A DNA stretch of 64,000 nucleotides from Nitrospinales bacterium. GTDB lineage: Bacteria; Nitrospinota; Nitrospinia; Nitrospinales; VA-1. The stretch covers positions 2,432,001 through 2,496,000 of the forward strand of contig OZ253496.1 in assembly GCA_965262115.1 (NCBI GenBank). Reading direction: 5' to 3'. How positions within the stretch are numbered: position 1 is the stretch's first letter; each line of letters opens with the position of its first letter. Positions 31,544-40,452 of this stretch are shown piece after piece. Below the pieces are notes generated by a model that saw nothing but the letters and a program-made list of their open reading frames with translations, did not search any database and was not told the DNA's origin. The translations under genes were made by a program, and so were the position numbers.

Positions 31544-32263
31544 TTGCCCGTGAAAACCCTTCTTGAACAACCTGGTTTTTTGGCCCCATCGGGAACGATC
31601 GGGGCTGATTTCAGCTACCTGCTGGCGCTTGTTTTTACCATTCTATTTCTTGTGGCCTGGGGATTTGCTAAAAAGGCCCAGGGAACCCGGCATCATAAAC
31701 TGGTCCTGGTCTCCATGGGGACGATGATGGTTTATTTCGTTGCCTACTATTACGCCCGAAGTCTGGGGGTTCTGTCCTTTGAAGGCCGGGAAGGCTTTGG
31801 TGGTCCCGATGAGATTTACAAGAACGTTTTTGTACCGGTATTGACCATCCATCTCATTCTGGTTACTTTGGGGATGATTCTTGCCTTTTACATGATTCCA
31901 CAGGGATTCCGTGCCAGCGACAGGACCGGCGGGGAATACCGCTTGAAATCCGAGCAACTGAAGATGAAACCTCGGACATTCAAGATAATCATGTTCACCA
32001 TTCTCGGATGCTGGGCTCTGGTTCAAGCCCTCTTATTAGCGACTCGGCAGAATCCGTTTGGAGCCAGCGTGGCATATGGCCTGATTTTCTTGACCGTGGC
32101 TTTGGTGGTCAGTCTGGAGAAATTGATCGAAAAACTGCTTCCAGATGGGGCGAGACGGCACCGGATTCTGGGTCGCACCACTATGATCATCTATGCCTTG
32201 ATCCTGGTGACCAGCACGGCAACCTATCTTATGCTCTACGTCATTTATCCGCTCAAACTTTGA
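31544..32263 (+). CDS. DUF420-like membrane protein
   Basis: HHKL, F.GP...Y...L.IH..L, HRILGR..M..Y...TSTATYLMLY. Confidence 0.75.
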   Translation: MPVKTLLEQPGFLAPSGTIGADFSYLLALVFTILFLVAWGFAKKAQGTRHHKLVLVSMGTMMVYFVAYYYARSLGVLSFEGREGFGGPDEIYKNVFVPVLTIHLILVTLGMILAFYMIPQGFRASDRTGGEYRLKSEQLKMKPRTFKIIMFTILGCWALVQALLLATRQNPFGASVAYGLIFLTVALVVSLEKLIEKLLPDGARRHRILGRTTMIIYALILVTSTATYLMLYVIYPLKL

Positions 32264-32390
32264 TTTGGGGGCTAAAAGTCAGGGAGACGGGATAAACCCC
32301 GGGAAAAGCGCGCCCGAATGGGGGAAAATCTTTAAAACAAGGGGTTTTTGCCCTTGACACCCCTTGTTTCAACTGATAAATTTCGCGGAA

Positions 32391-32498
32391 TTAAATGACT
32401 TCGAAGTACATAAGAAGGAGGTATAAAGCGACCAGTCCGTTGACACTGAGACCGATGTAAACAATGGTATCGAAAATTTTTCCGTCTTTGCTGGCCAT
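32391..32498 (-). CDS. Small single-TM protein (35 aa; not in ORF track)
   Basis: GAGGA RBS, then MASKDGKIFDTIVYIGLSVNGLVALYLLLMYFEVI*. Confidence 0.65.
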   Translation of the reverse strand: MASKDGKIFDTIVYIGLSVNGLVALYLLLMYFEVI

Positions 32499-32623
32499 AT
32501 AATCCTCAAAAGTAATTTTTTTTCTTTGAAATAAAAGAAATATACCCTATCATTAGGATTTTAAAACTGTCAAGAATAAACTTTTTTGAATAGAGAATTA
32601 ATTTAATTTTCCCGGAGCAGAAA

Positions 32624-32728
32624 ATGGATTTAGAAAAGATTAAGGAAAAAGCAGGACCCATGATTTATATCGGAACCATTATTTTCTCTTTATGGTTTTT
32701 CTATTGGTTTGCATCCGTTTGGCGGTAA
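32624..32728 (+). CDS. Small single-TM protein (34 aa; not in ORF track)
   Basis: GGAG RBS, then MDLEKIKEKAGPMIYIGTIIFSLWFFYWFASVWR*. Confidence 0.65.
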   Translation: MDLEKIKEKAGPMIYIGTIIFSLWFFYWFASVWR

Positions 32729-32782
32729 TCGATTGGAAAGAGCAATCCAATCATTAATTTTATTGGGGGAGTATAAGGAAAT

Positions 32783-32950
32783 ATGAACGATTTTTCGGCT
32801 AGCGAAAACAAAAAGTTTGTCACTCCAAAATCTGTTATCTGGTTCGTCATTGCTTTAGCCTGCATGTCTGGATATTACTTTCTCATCAACATTGGGTTGA
32901 TGAAGGTTCAGGGACTTGATTTCTTCTACCTTTGGAGCTCAGGTAGATAG
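32783..32950 (+). CDS. Small membrane protein (55 aa; not in ORF track)
   Basis: GGAG/AAGGA upstream, MNDFSASENKKFVTPKSVIWFVIALACMSGYYFLINIGLMKVQGLDFFYLWSSGR*, followed by a terminator. Confidence 0.7.
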   Translation: MNDFSASENKKFVTPKSVIWFVIALACMSGYYFLINIGLMKVQGLDFFYLWSSGR

Positions 32951-32985
32951 TGGCGGTGGCCATTAATCCTGAATAAGGGATCTTG

Positions 32986-33024
32986 AAAAGATGACAAGCC
33001 CGGTGGGCTTGTCATCTTTTTTTT
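32986..33024 (+). terminator. Rho-independent terminator
   Basis: AAAAGATGACAAGCCC-ggt-GGGCTTGTCATCTTTT followed by a T run. Confidence 0.9.
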
Positions 33025-33054
33025 GCCTGCTTCTCTAATAACCTCGAATAAATC

Positions 33055-33708
33055 ATGAATGAAAACCCCTCCTGCCGGGTCTACCTTTTCCGTCATGGTG
33101 AAACCGCAAACTCAAAAGAAGTGCACTTCAATGGCCATTTTGATGTAGGGCTTTCCGTGAATGGGGAAGACCAGTTCAAAGAATGGGCTCAGGTTTTGCA
33201 AGACGAGCCCTTCAAAGCCATTTATTCCAGTGATCTTGAGCGTACCTGGTTGAGCGCCCGATTATTGGGAGAACCGCACCAGCTTGAACCTGTGACCTTT
33301 CCTGAATTGAGGGAGTTGTATTTTGGCGTCTGGGAGGGGTTGAGCGTTACCGAAGTGGAGAAGAAATTCCCCCAGCAACTCGAAAAACGTATGAAGAATA
33401 TCGAAGCGTTTCAAGTAGAAGGGGGCGAGACGTTTGAGCAACTTAAAGAACGAGTCGTGCCCTGCTTTGAGGAAATTATTGCCCGCCATCCCAACGAACA
33501 GATTGCTCTGGTTTGCCACGGGGGTGTGAACCGGGTGATTCTTTCCCATCTGCTTGAAGTGCCGATAAAAAGAATTTTCAGGATCAAGCAGGATTATGCG
33601 GCTCTCAATATTATTCAGTATTATGGCGATGAGCCTGTGGTGGAATTGGTGGGAGGGGCGACTCACCATGCCACGGGTGCCCAAAACAAAAAAATAGCTA
33701 TTCAGTAG
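33055..33708 (+). CDS. Histidine phosphatase (CobC-like)
   Basis: RHGET, SSDL.R, LREL.FG.WEG, VCHGGVNR. Confidence 0.88.
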   Translation: MNENPSCRVYLFRHGETANSKEVHFNGHFDVGLSVNGEDQFKEWAQVLQDEPFKAIYSSDLERTWLSARLLGEPHQLEPVTFPELRELYFGVWEGLSVTEVEKKFPQQLEKRMKNIEAFQVEGGETFEQLKERVVPCFEEIIARHPNEQIALVCHGGVNRVILSHLLEVPIKRIFRIKQDYAALNIIQYYGDEPVVELVGGATHHATGAQNKKIAIQ

Positions 33709-33720
33709 AAAGGCTCTTGG

Positions 33721-34519
33721 ATGAAGAGTTTTCTGGTCCAGATCAGAAACGCAGATGTGTATGTGGGTGGCAACCCGGTTCTCAAATCTTTGAGATGGAC
33801 CATGAACGAAGGGGAAAACTGGGCTGTGGTGGGCAATAATGGGCTCTGGCAAGACCACTCTCATGAAACTGATCTTCGGCGAACTCATCCCGGTCTATGG
33901 CGGTCACGTGCGCTGGTTCGGAAAACGCGAGCACACTCCGCTTCTGGAGGTTCGTGAAAAACTGGGATACGTGTCGGCTGAATACCAAAACAATTATGAT
34001 CGCCCGGCATCAGGCTGGGAGGTGGTGGCCTCGGGATTTTTCTCGTCGATTGGATTGCACGAGTCGGTCACTCCCCGTCAAAAAGAGTCTGCTCTCAAGG
34101 CCATGGCTCATCTCGGAATCGAAACTCTGAGCTACACCCCGTTTAGGCATATGTCTTATGGGAAAGCCAGAAGGGTTTTGTTGGCCCGGGCCATGGTCCA
34201 TCGCACGAAACTGTTGATCCTGGATGAACCCTGCGCCGGGTTGGACATCCCCACACGCGAACGTTTCCTGATAACGCTGGAAAAGCTATCGAGAAAGCGC
34301 ACCTCAATGATCTATGTGACGCACCGGATTGAAGAAATCATGCCTTGTGTCACTCATGTGCTTTTCCTGAAAGACGGTCAAGTCGCCGCGCAAGGGAAGA
34401 AGGACGAAATGATGACATCCGCAATCCTTTCACGCGTTTTGGGATGCTCCCTATCGGTAGAAAAACATTCTGATCGTTACTGGCTGCTCGCCGCAGGGGC
34501 AACTGGCAATGGCTTATAA
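33721..34519 (+). pseudogene. ABC transporter ATP-binding protein (ModF-like) with a frameshift in Walker A
   Basis: GNN-GSGKTT is split by an extra G at ~33841-33843. MSYG..RRVLLARA, LILDEP, VTH follow. Confidence 0.8.
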
Positions 34520-34593
34520 GGCCGAGATAACTCTTTGCTCGCCAGAGACAGTTATTACCCTTCCGAGGCACGAGGCTAATGAAAAATATCACG
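34484..34593. repeat. Diverged lead unit of the hairpin family, interrupted by a TACCC...ATATCAC module
   Basis: ggcaat..gccgaga..gccaga..gttat, then a ~37-bp module, then tgctcac resumes the consensus. Confidence 0.65.
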
Positions 34594-35192
34594 TGCTCAC
34601 TGGGTCCAGCGTCACGCCCCTTGGCAGGGGATGCAGTTGGGCAAGGACTTGTTAAGCCGAGACGGCTCTTTTCTAGCCAGCAGGGTTATTGCTCACTGGG
34701 TCCAGCGTCACGCCCCTTGGCAGGGGATGCAGTTGGGCAAGAACTTGTTAAGCCGAGACGGCTCTTTTCTAGCCAGCAGGGTTATTGCTCACTGGGTCCA
34801 GCGTCACGCCCCTTGGCAGGGGATGCAGTTGGGCAAGGACTTGTTAAGCCGAGGCGGCTCTTTTCTAGCCAGCAGGGTTATTGCTCACTGGGTCCATCGT
34901 CACGCCCCTTGGCAGGGGATGCAGTTGGGCAAGGACTTGTTAAGCCGAGGCGGCTCTTTTCTAGCCAGCAGGGTTATTGCTCACTGGGTCCAGCGTCACG
35001 CCCCTTGGCAGGGGATGCAGTTGGGCAAGGACTTGTTAAGCCGAGACGGCTCTTTTCTAGCCAGCAGGGTTATTGCTCACTGGGTCCAGCGTCACGCCCC
35101 TTGGCAGGGGATGCAGTTGGGCAAGGACTTGTTAAGCCGAGACGGCTCTTTTCTAGCCAGCAGGGTTATTCTCACTGGGTCCAGCGTCACGC
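34594..35192. repeat. Tandem array of six near-identical 96-bp units plus a partial seventh
   Basis: gctcactggg recurs at 34595, 34691, 34787, 34883, 34979 and 35075, and lacks its first G at 35171. Only a few SNPs separate the units. Confidence 0.98.
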
Positions 35193-35266
35193 TGGGTGGG
35201 TGGTTGCTATTTTATTTTGAACGGGGTAAAATTTTGCTTCTTTCATCAGTTCGAGGCAGGTCGCTA

Positions 35267-35830
35267 ATGAGAGCGGGTCTTTTTCTAGCTCTGTTTTTGT
35301 TGCAAGTTTCCACAGCCTGGGGGCTTAGTCCTGAACAATGGTTTCAGGAGGGCAATCGGCTCAGCTCAGCGGGGCAGTTTGAAGAGGCGGTGGAGGCCTA
35401 TGAAAAATCCATTGCTGGTAATGCCTTGTCTCCGGTGGCGCATTACAATATGGGAATTGCTTACAAGAACCTTAGGCAGTTGGACAAGGCGGCGGCGTCG
35501 CTTGAAAAGTCCGTGGAATTGGAGCCGGTCAATATGGACGCCCGGATTACCCTCGGTAATGTTTATAATCTTCAGGAACGGTGGGCCGATGCGATTGGGC
35601 AACTTAATTTTGTTGTTCACCGTAAAAGAGGCGATGCCCAGGCTCATGGAAACCTGGGTTGGGCCTATTACAACTATAGAAAGGGTCCCCCTTTCAAGAG
35701 AATAGTGATTCTGAATCTGTCGCGTGCTGTGGAATTGTTTAAAGAGCAAAACCAGCTTCAGGCCGCAGACGCCACACAAAAAATTCTTGATGAGGCCCGG
35801 AATAAATTCGGGGTTTCCTTGATTCAGTAA
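35267..35830 (+). CDS. Exported TPR-repeat protein
   Basis: Signal peptide MRAGLFLALFLLQVSTAWG. TPR motifs AHYNMGIAY, ARITLGNVY, AHGNLGWAY. Confidence 0.85.
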   Translation: MRAGLFLALFLLQVSTAWGLSPEQWFQEGNRLSSAGQFEEAVEAYEKSIAGNALSPVAHYNMGIAYKNLRQLDKAAASLEKSVELEPVNMDARITLGNVYNLQERWADAIGQLNFVVHRKRGDAQAHGNLGWAYYNYRKGPPFKRIVILNLSRAVELFKEQNQLQAADATQKILDEARNKFGVSLIQ

Positions 35831-35859
35831 GTTTAACCGGTTTTTTTATAGAGGTTGTT

Positions 35860-36138
35860 ATGAGCCAGAGTATTACTGTCATACCGACACGCAGTGAACA
35901 CACCATCACCTTCAAGGTGGACAAGGCTTTGTTGCCGCATGGCAAAAGCCTGGCTTTTTCTGAAGCGGGTGCGGCAAAGCTTCATCCTATGGCGCAGGCT
36001 CTGCTGGCCATATCGGGGGTGAACAGCGGCTGGATGATGGCAGACGAAATCATGATCACCAAAGATATTGATGTCCGCTGGGCTACCGTAAAGCCGAAAG
36101 TGATGGAAACCATCCGTAAGGTTCAGTCCGCCCACTAG
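35860..36138 (+). CDS. Nfu/NifU N-terminal domain protein
   Basis: PT......F, PMAQALLAISGV, ITK....W..VKP.V pattern, GAGG RBS. Confidence 0.75.
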   Translation: MSQSITVIPTRSEHTITFKVDKALLPHGKSLAFSEAGAAKLHPMAQALLAISGVNSGWMMADEIMITKDIDVRWATVKPKVMETIRKVQSAH

Positions 36139-36239
36139 CTGCTAGCCGCAGGGGCAGATGGCAAGGGCTTGATTGAGCCGAGACAGCTCTTTGTCAGCTT
36201 GCAAGAACTATTGCAAGATGGCTCCACGCCTAGTGGCGG
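36139..36239. repeat. Dispersed hairpin-family member between convergent genes
   Basis: ccgcaggggc..ggcaag..gagccgagacagctc..ctattgc..ccacgcctagtggcgg. Confidence 0.7.
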
Positions 36240-37513
36240 AAAAATTCTTTAAATGTGCGAATCAGGAGTTCATGATCTTTCGCTCCCGCCATTTCACGGA
36301 TGGAATGCATGGACAGCATGGGGTTTCCCACATCGACGGTGCGGATTCCCAGATTGGCGGCAGTGATCGGGCCGATGGTACTTCCGCATCCCAAGTCAGA
36401 CCGCACCACAAATTTTTGCACTGGCACTCCGGCTTTCCGGCATAACGATTCAAACCAGGCGCTTGATATTCCTTCCGTGGCATAATGTTGTCCGGCGTTG
36501 CTTTTGATCACTGGCCCACCATTGATGATTGGCATATGGTGGCTATCATGTTTGTCCGAGTAATTAGGGTGGACGGCATGGGCCATATCGGCGGATATGA
36601 AGAATGAATCTGCCAGAGCTCTTAAAAAACTTTCCCTGGAATTTTCTTCAGTCAGGGCGATTCGCTCCAATACATCTTTTAGGAAAGGGGAACCCGCTCC
36701 TTGTGCAGTTTCACTGCCGACTTCTTCGTGATCGTAAAACGCGATCACTCTTGTTGCCGAATCCTTCTTCGTAGATTCTGCTAACGCATGCAGGGCGCAA
36801 TGGCAACTGGCGAGATTGTCCAGACGACCGGAAAAAATAAATTCTCCATCGGCACCGGCAACGGCACCCGGTTGCGTGTCATATAATGACAGCTCCATCC
36901 CTATTATATCGGCTGGTCGGCATTTTAGTTCGCGGACGACCATTTTTTTAAGAACTTCCTCGGCGGCGGATTTTTTTTGCAAAGAAAAAATAGGCGGCAA
37001 ATGGTTTTGCTCGTTGAGAATCAGTCCTTTTTTATTGACGTCGCGGTTTAAGTGAATGGCCAATTGCGGGATGCGCAATAAAGGCTGCTTAAACCGGATC
37101 AGTTTGGAAAGGGGCATTTTCTTTCCGCCTAAAATCACACGTCCGGCCAGCGATAAATCCCGGTCCGTCCAGGTAGAAAGAAGCACTCCCCCATACACCT
37201 CCACTCCCAGTTGCAGATAACCACTTTTGGCATAACCCGCCTGCGGTTTAAGTCTGAGATTGGGACTGTCTGTGTGGGCACCGATAATTTTAAACCCGGG
37301 TTTTGATCCTACAATAAATGCGATCAGGGATGAATCGTTTCGGGCGAGGAAATATCTGCCATTGGGGGCCAGCTTCCAGGCATTGGTTTCTTTAAGTTCA
37401 ATAAAGCCTTTCTCTGAAAGAGTGTCGGTCATCTCCTGCACGGCATGGAAGGGTGTGGGAGACCGATCAATAAATTCCAGCAGGTTTTGAATGCGGTTGG
37501 TTTTCGGATTCAT
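36230..37513 (-). CDS. M18 family aspartyl aminopeptidase
   Basis: SPTPFHAV, GAHTDSP, RLDNL.S, DHEEVGS, SADMAHA.HPNY, LSMHSIRE. Start 37513 or 37528. Confidence 0.93.
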   Translation of the reverse strand: MNPKTNRIQNLLEFIDRSPTPFHAVQEMTDTLSEKGFIELKETNAWKLAPNGRYFLARNDSSLIAFIVGSKPGFKIIGAHTDSPNLRLKPQAGYAKSGYLQLGVEVYGGVLLSTWTDRDLSLAGRVILGGKKMPLSKLIRFKQPLLRIPQLAIHLNRDVNKKGLILNEQNHLPPIFSLQKKSAAEEVLKKMVVRELKCRPADIIGMELSLYDTQPGAVAGADGEFIFSGRLDNLASCHCALHALAESTKKDSATRVIAFYDHEEVGSETAQGAGSPFLKDVLERIALTEENSRESFLRALADSFFISADMAHAVHPNYSDKHDSHHMPIINGGPVIKSNAGQHYATEGISSAWFESLCRKAGVPVQKFVVRSDLGCGSTIGPITAANLGIRTVDVGNPMLSMHSIREMAGAKDHELLIRTFKEFFRH

Positions 37514-37776
37514 GAATGGGGTCTCCAAATATACTCAACAATCACTGGGAGCAAGAGAACGGTAAATTCACTGCTGGTTTAACATGAAGCTGCTTTGGTT
37601 CGTGACAAGTTCTGCGTGAGCCGGGCTGGGGCAATGAGCTAACCATTTGTAAAATAATTTGCTATGCGACTCCCCAGGCATGAGGCAGTTTTGCGCGTTC
37701 AATCTAGGGACCTTTGATTTTGGTGTTTACCGGATTTCCTGTAAAATAAAATTTCCTTTTCGAGGAATATTTTATC

Positions 37777-38079
37777 ATGGGCCTTTTGATCAAAGCTGAT
37801 TTTAAAAAGAAGCTGGATATTAAACTCTACCGGTTTGATCCCAAAAATCCCAAGCCAGAGTACCATGCCGAAATTTTTTGTGAAATGTTTTCCCAATTCC
37901 CGCAGTTCAAGGCCCATGTCGCGGCCTATATTGAAAGAAACTATTGTTTCGTGGTCAACGACGAAGACCATTCCGACCCGAAATCCCTCCTCACCACTTT
38001 AAAACCCGATGAAGTCAGGAAACTGAACGAATGGGTTTTGCTGCGTAACAAACCTGGCACCGTAGCGCGGAAAAAATAA
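37777..38079 (+). CDS. Hypothetical protein
   Basis: GAGGA RBS, 100-aa ORF. Confidence 0.6.
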   Translation: MGLLIKADFKKKLDIKLYRFDPKNPKPEYHAEIFCEMFSQFPQFKAHVAAYIERNYCFVVNDEDHSDPKSLLTTLKPDEVRKLNEWVLLRNKPGTVARKK

Positions 38080-38246
38080 CCCAGCCCGGATTTTTTTTAC
38101 AGCCTCAAATTCAAATTTTTGGGGATAAGGCTTCTCTGCGGCGAACCGTCGCAGAATTTTAGAAATCAGGGGTTCAGATATTGTGAAATAGTGTAAAAGT
38201 GTATATCGAAAATTCGATATTTGGTGGGTAGGGGGGACTCCATGGC

Positions 38247-38635
38247 ATGAGAAGCACAGGCCCGGTAAAATTCTGGTTGTTGAAGATGATGAAGCTTCAA
38301 GCATCATCATCGTGCGGTTATTGAACCAGATGGGTTATTCAAAAATAACTCAGGCTGAGAATGGAAACATAGCTCTCGATAAACTCTATCTGAATCAGGT
38401 CAGCCTGATCATATCGGACTGGCGGATGCCGGATATGGATGGATTGGAGTTTTATAAAAAAGCCAAACAGGAAGGGCTTATTGGTGATATCCCATTTTTA
38501 ATGGTATCGGCGGAAAACCACAAAGAGCAGATCACCGAAGCCTTGAAGGCCGGGGTGGATGACTATATTCTGAAACCGGTGGATTTAAAAATACTCAGGG
38601 GCAAGATCTAAAAACTGCTTGATGTGCAAGAGTGA
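38247..38635 (+). pseudogene. CheY-like single-domain response regulator, degraded
   Basis: KILVVEDD, ISDWRMPDMDG, YILKP. ATG 38247 is out of frame by one base, and there is an early TAA at 38609. Confidence 0.7.
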
Positions 38636-38653
38636 AGTTAACCCTCTTCTGCA

Positions 38654-38900
38654 GAGACCTTTGTATAAGTCAAAAAATCGAAGAATCGAGATGCTTCGAG
38701 ATACCCCTACGGGGCATGAAGTTTAAGGAAGAGGATATCACATACCCCTACGGGGCAAGAATTCAAAGGTCAAATATCACTAGCTCAGCATGACAATACT
38801 GGGCCATTTTGTCATTCTGAGGAACAAGGTGACGAAGACGTGATATTTTTCCTCAAACTTCGTGCCCCGCAGGGGTAATCTCGGGTTATGCAAAGGTCTC
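38654..38900. mobile_element. MITE copy 2 (247 bp) with GAGACCTTTG(T/C)ATAA TIRs and 9-bp target duplication TCTTCTGCA
   Basis: TSD at 38645-38653 and 38901-38909. Interior is homologous to 10629-10874. Confidence 0.9.
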
Positions 38901-38941
38901 TCTTCTGCAGGGCATGACAAAACTTTACCCGTAGCGGTACG

Positions 38942-39949
38942 CTACCCGCCGATGGCGTGCATGGCGCGGGTGGGGCGTTCGAAATCTTCCAGATTGATTT
39001 TGTGGCCAGGTTCTTTGACCAGAACCGCTTGGTTGATGGCCTCGGCGATGGCGGAATCGGTCGCGCCGGATCGGATCAGATCTTTTAGATCGGTTTCGTC
39101 AGTCGAAAACAGGCAGGTCCGGAGTTTGCCGTCGGCGGTCATACGGATGCGGTTGCAATGATCGCAGAACGGATTGCTGACTGCTGTGATGATGCCGATT
39201 TTCCCCTTGCCGTCAGCGAAGTTGTATTCACTGGCCGGACCAATTTCCAGAGAGTTGTCGATCGGTACCAGTTCGTATTTTTCCTTGATGAGATCAACAA
39301 TCTCATGCCCGAACAGGACTTTGTCGCGTTCCCACACTTTATCTGAATCCAGAGGCATGAACTCGATGAAGCGGATCTCGAAACCATCGGAGCGGCCATA
39401 CTCGATCAGGCCCATGACCTCGGTTTCGGAAAAATTGCGCACTGCCACGGCGTTTATCTTGATCGACTTGAATCCGACCTTGCGAGCCGCATCCAGACCA
39501 TCCAGAACCGCTTGCAGGCAGTCCCTGCGATTGACATCGCGGAACTTATCCGGGTCGAGCGAATCCAGGCTGACGTTCAGCCTTTTCAGTCCTGCATCCA
39601 ATAGACTTTGGGCTTGGTCTTTGAGAAAATAGGCGTTGGTGGTCATGGCAATATCGTTGATGCCTTCCACCTTATCGATCATTTTGATTAAAGTCGGCAG
39701 GTCTTTTCTCATCATCGGTTCCCCACCGGTCAGGCGAATACGGTTGATTCCCAATTTGGAAACAACCGTTACCACGCGGTGGATTTCCTCAAACGTCAGC
39801 AGGTTGCTTCGGTCCATGAATTCTACGTTATCTGCCGGCATGCAATAGGTGCATCGAAAATTACAGCGATCAGTAACTGAAATCCTGAGGTTGACGATGG
39901 TTCGTCCCATCCCATCGACAAGTTTTGGGGAATCGGTTTTGGTGGTCAT
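38942..39949 (-). CDS. moaA: GTP 3',8-cyclase MoaA
   Basis: LRISVTDRCNFRCTYC, RFIEFMP, FCDHCNRIR, C-terminal MHAIGG. Confidence 0.97.
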   Translation of the reverse strand: MTTKTDSPKLVDGMGRTIVNLRISVTDRCNFRCTYCMPADNVEFMDRSNLLTFEEIHRVVTVVSKLGINRIRLTGGEPMMRKDLPTLIKMIDKVEGINDIAMTTNAYFLKDQAQSLLDAGLKRLNVSLDSLDPDKFRDVNRRDCLQAVLDGLDAARKVGFKSIKINAVAVRNFSETEVMGLIEYGRSDGFEIRFIEFMPLDSDKVWERDKVLFGHEIVDLIKEKYELVPIDNSLEIGPASEYNFADGKGKIGIITAVSNPFCDHCNRIRMTADGKLRTCLFSTDETDLKDLIRSGATDSAIAEAINQAVLVKEPGHKINLEDFERPTRAMHAIGG

Positions 39950-40088
39950 TCAGAAGTCCTTGTGGTCTATGGGCGCCTGTCGGGGCCGCTTTTCAATACA
40001 TGGAATCAATAAATGAGCCTGGGCTCGAGTTCAAGTGTGGTTAAATTATAGCTTTTTTAGCCTGAGGATGTATAGGATTAGTTTGAAA

Positions 40089-40288
40089 GCCCTTGGCAGG
40101 GCAGGCAAATAGGCAAGAGTCCATCAAGCCGAGCTAACCTCCTTGCTAGCCAATAAAAGCTATTGCGTGCTGGCCCCACGCCCAGTGGCCCCTTGGCAGG
40201 GCAGGCAAATGGGCAAGAGCCCATCAAGCCGAGCTAACCTCCTTGCTAGCCAATAAAAGCTATTGCACACTGGCCCCACGCCCAGTGG
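40089..40288. repeat. Two tandem 100-bp units of the hairpin family
   Basis: ccttggcagg at 40091 and 40191, near-identical copies, same core as the 96-bp array. Confidence 0.93.
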
Positions 40289-40452
40289 CGGCAAAATGTC
40301 GAATTTAAAGAACTTTGCTGGCCTAAATACATTATAATATTGTTGCAAAGGCTCTATTTGATATATAATTATTGTATTGATCCAATTTAAGCAGTTGGGG
40401 GACCACCCAGAGTTTTCAATCAGGTAAGACTTTAAAATTTAAGGATTTATTT

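Noticed and set aside
34594..35192. CRISPR array
   Set aside because: Units are identical along their full 96 bp with no unique spacers, and there are no cas genes in the window.
34579..35266. Repeat-protein ORFs 34579-35220 and the N-terminal extension 34631-35266
   Set aside because: These open frames arise from a 96-bp non-coding repeat family with no synonymous-site variation. The TPR gene has its own signal peptide start at 35267.
12128..40288. Integron attC sites as the identity of the hairpin family
   Set aside because: There are no RYYYAAC/GTTRRRY ends, no cassette organisation and no integron integrase.
39950..40300. Moco riboswitch upstream of moaA
   Set aside because: The structured sequence is the dispersed repeat family, and I could not match it to the Moco motif.
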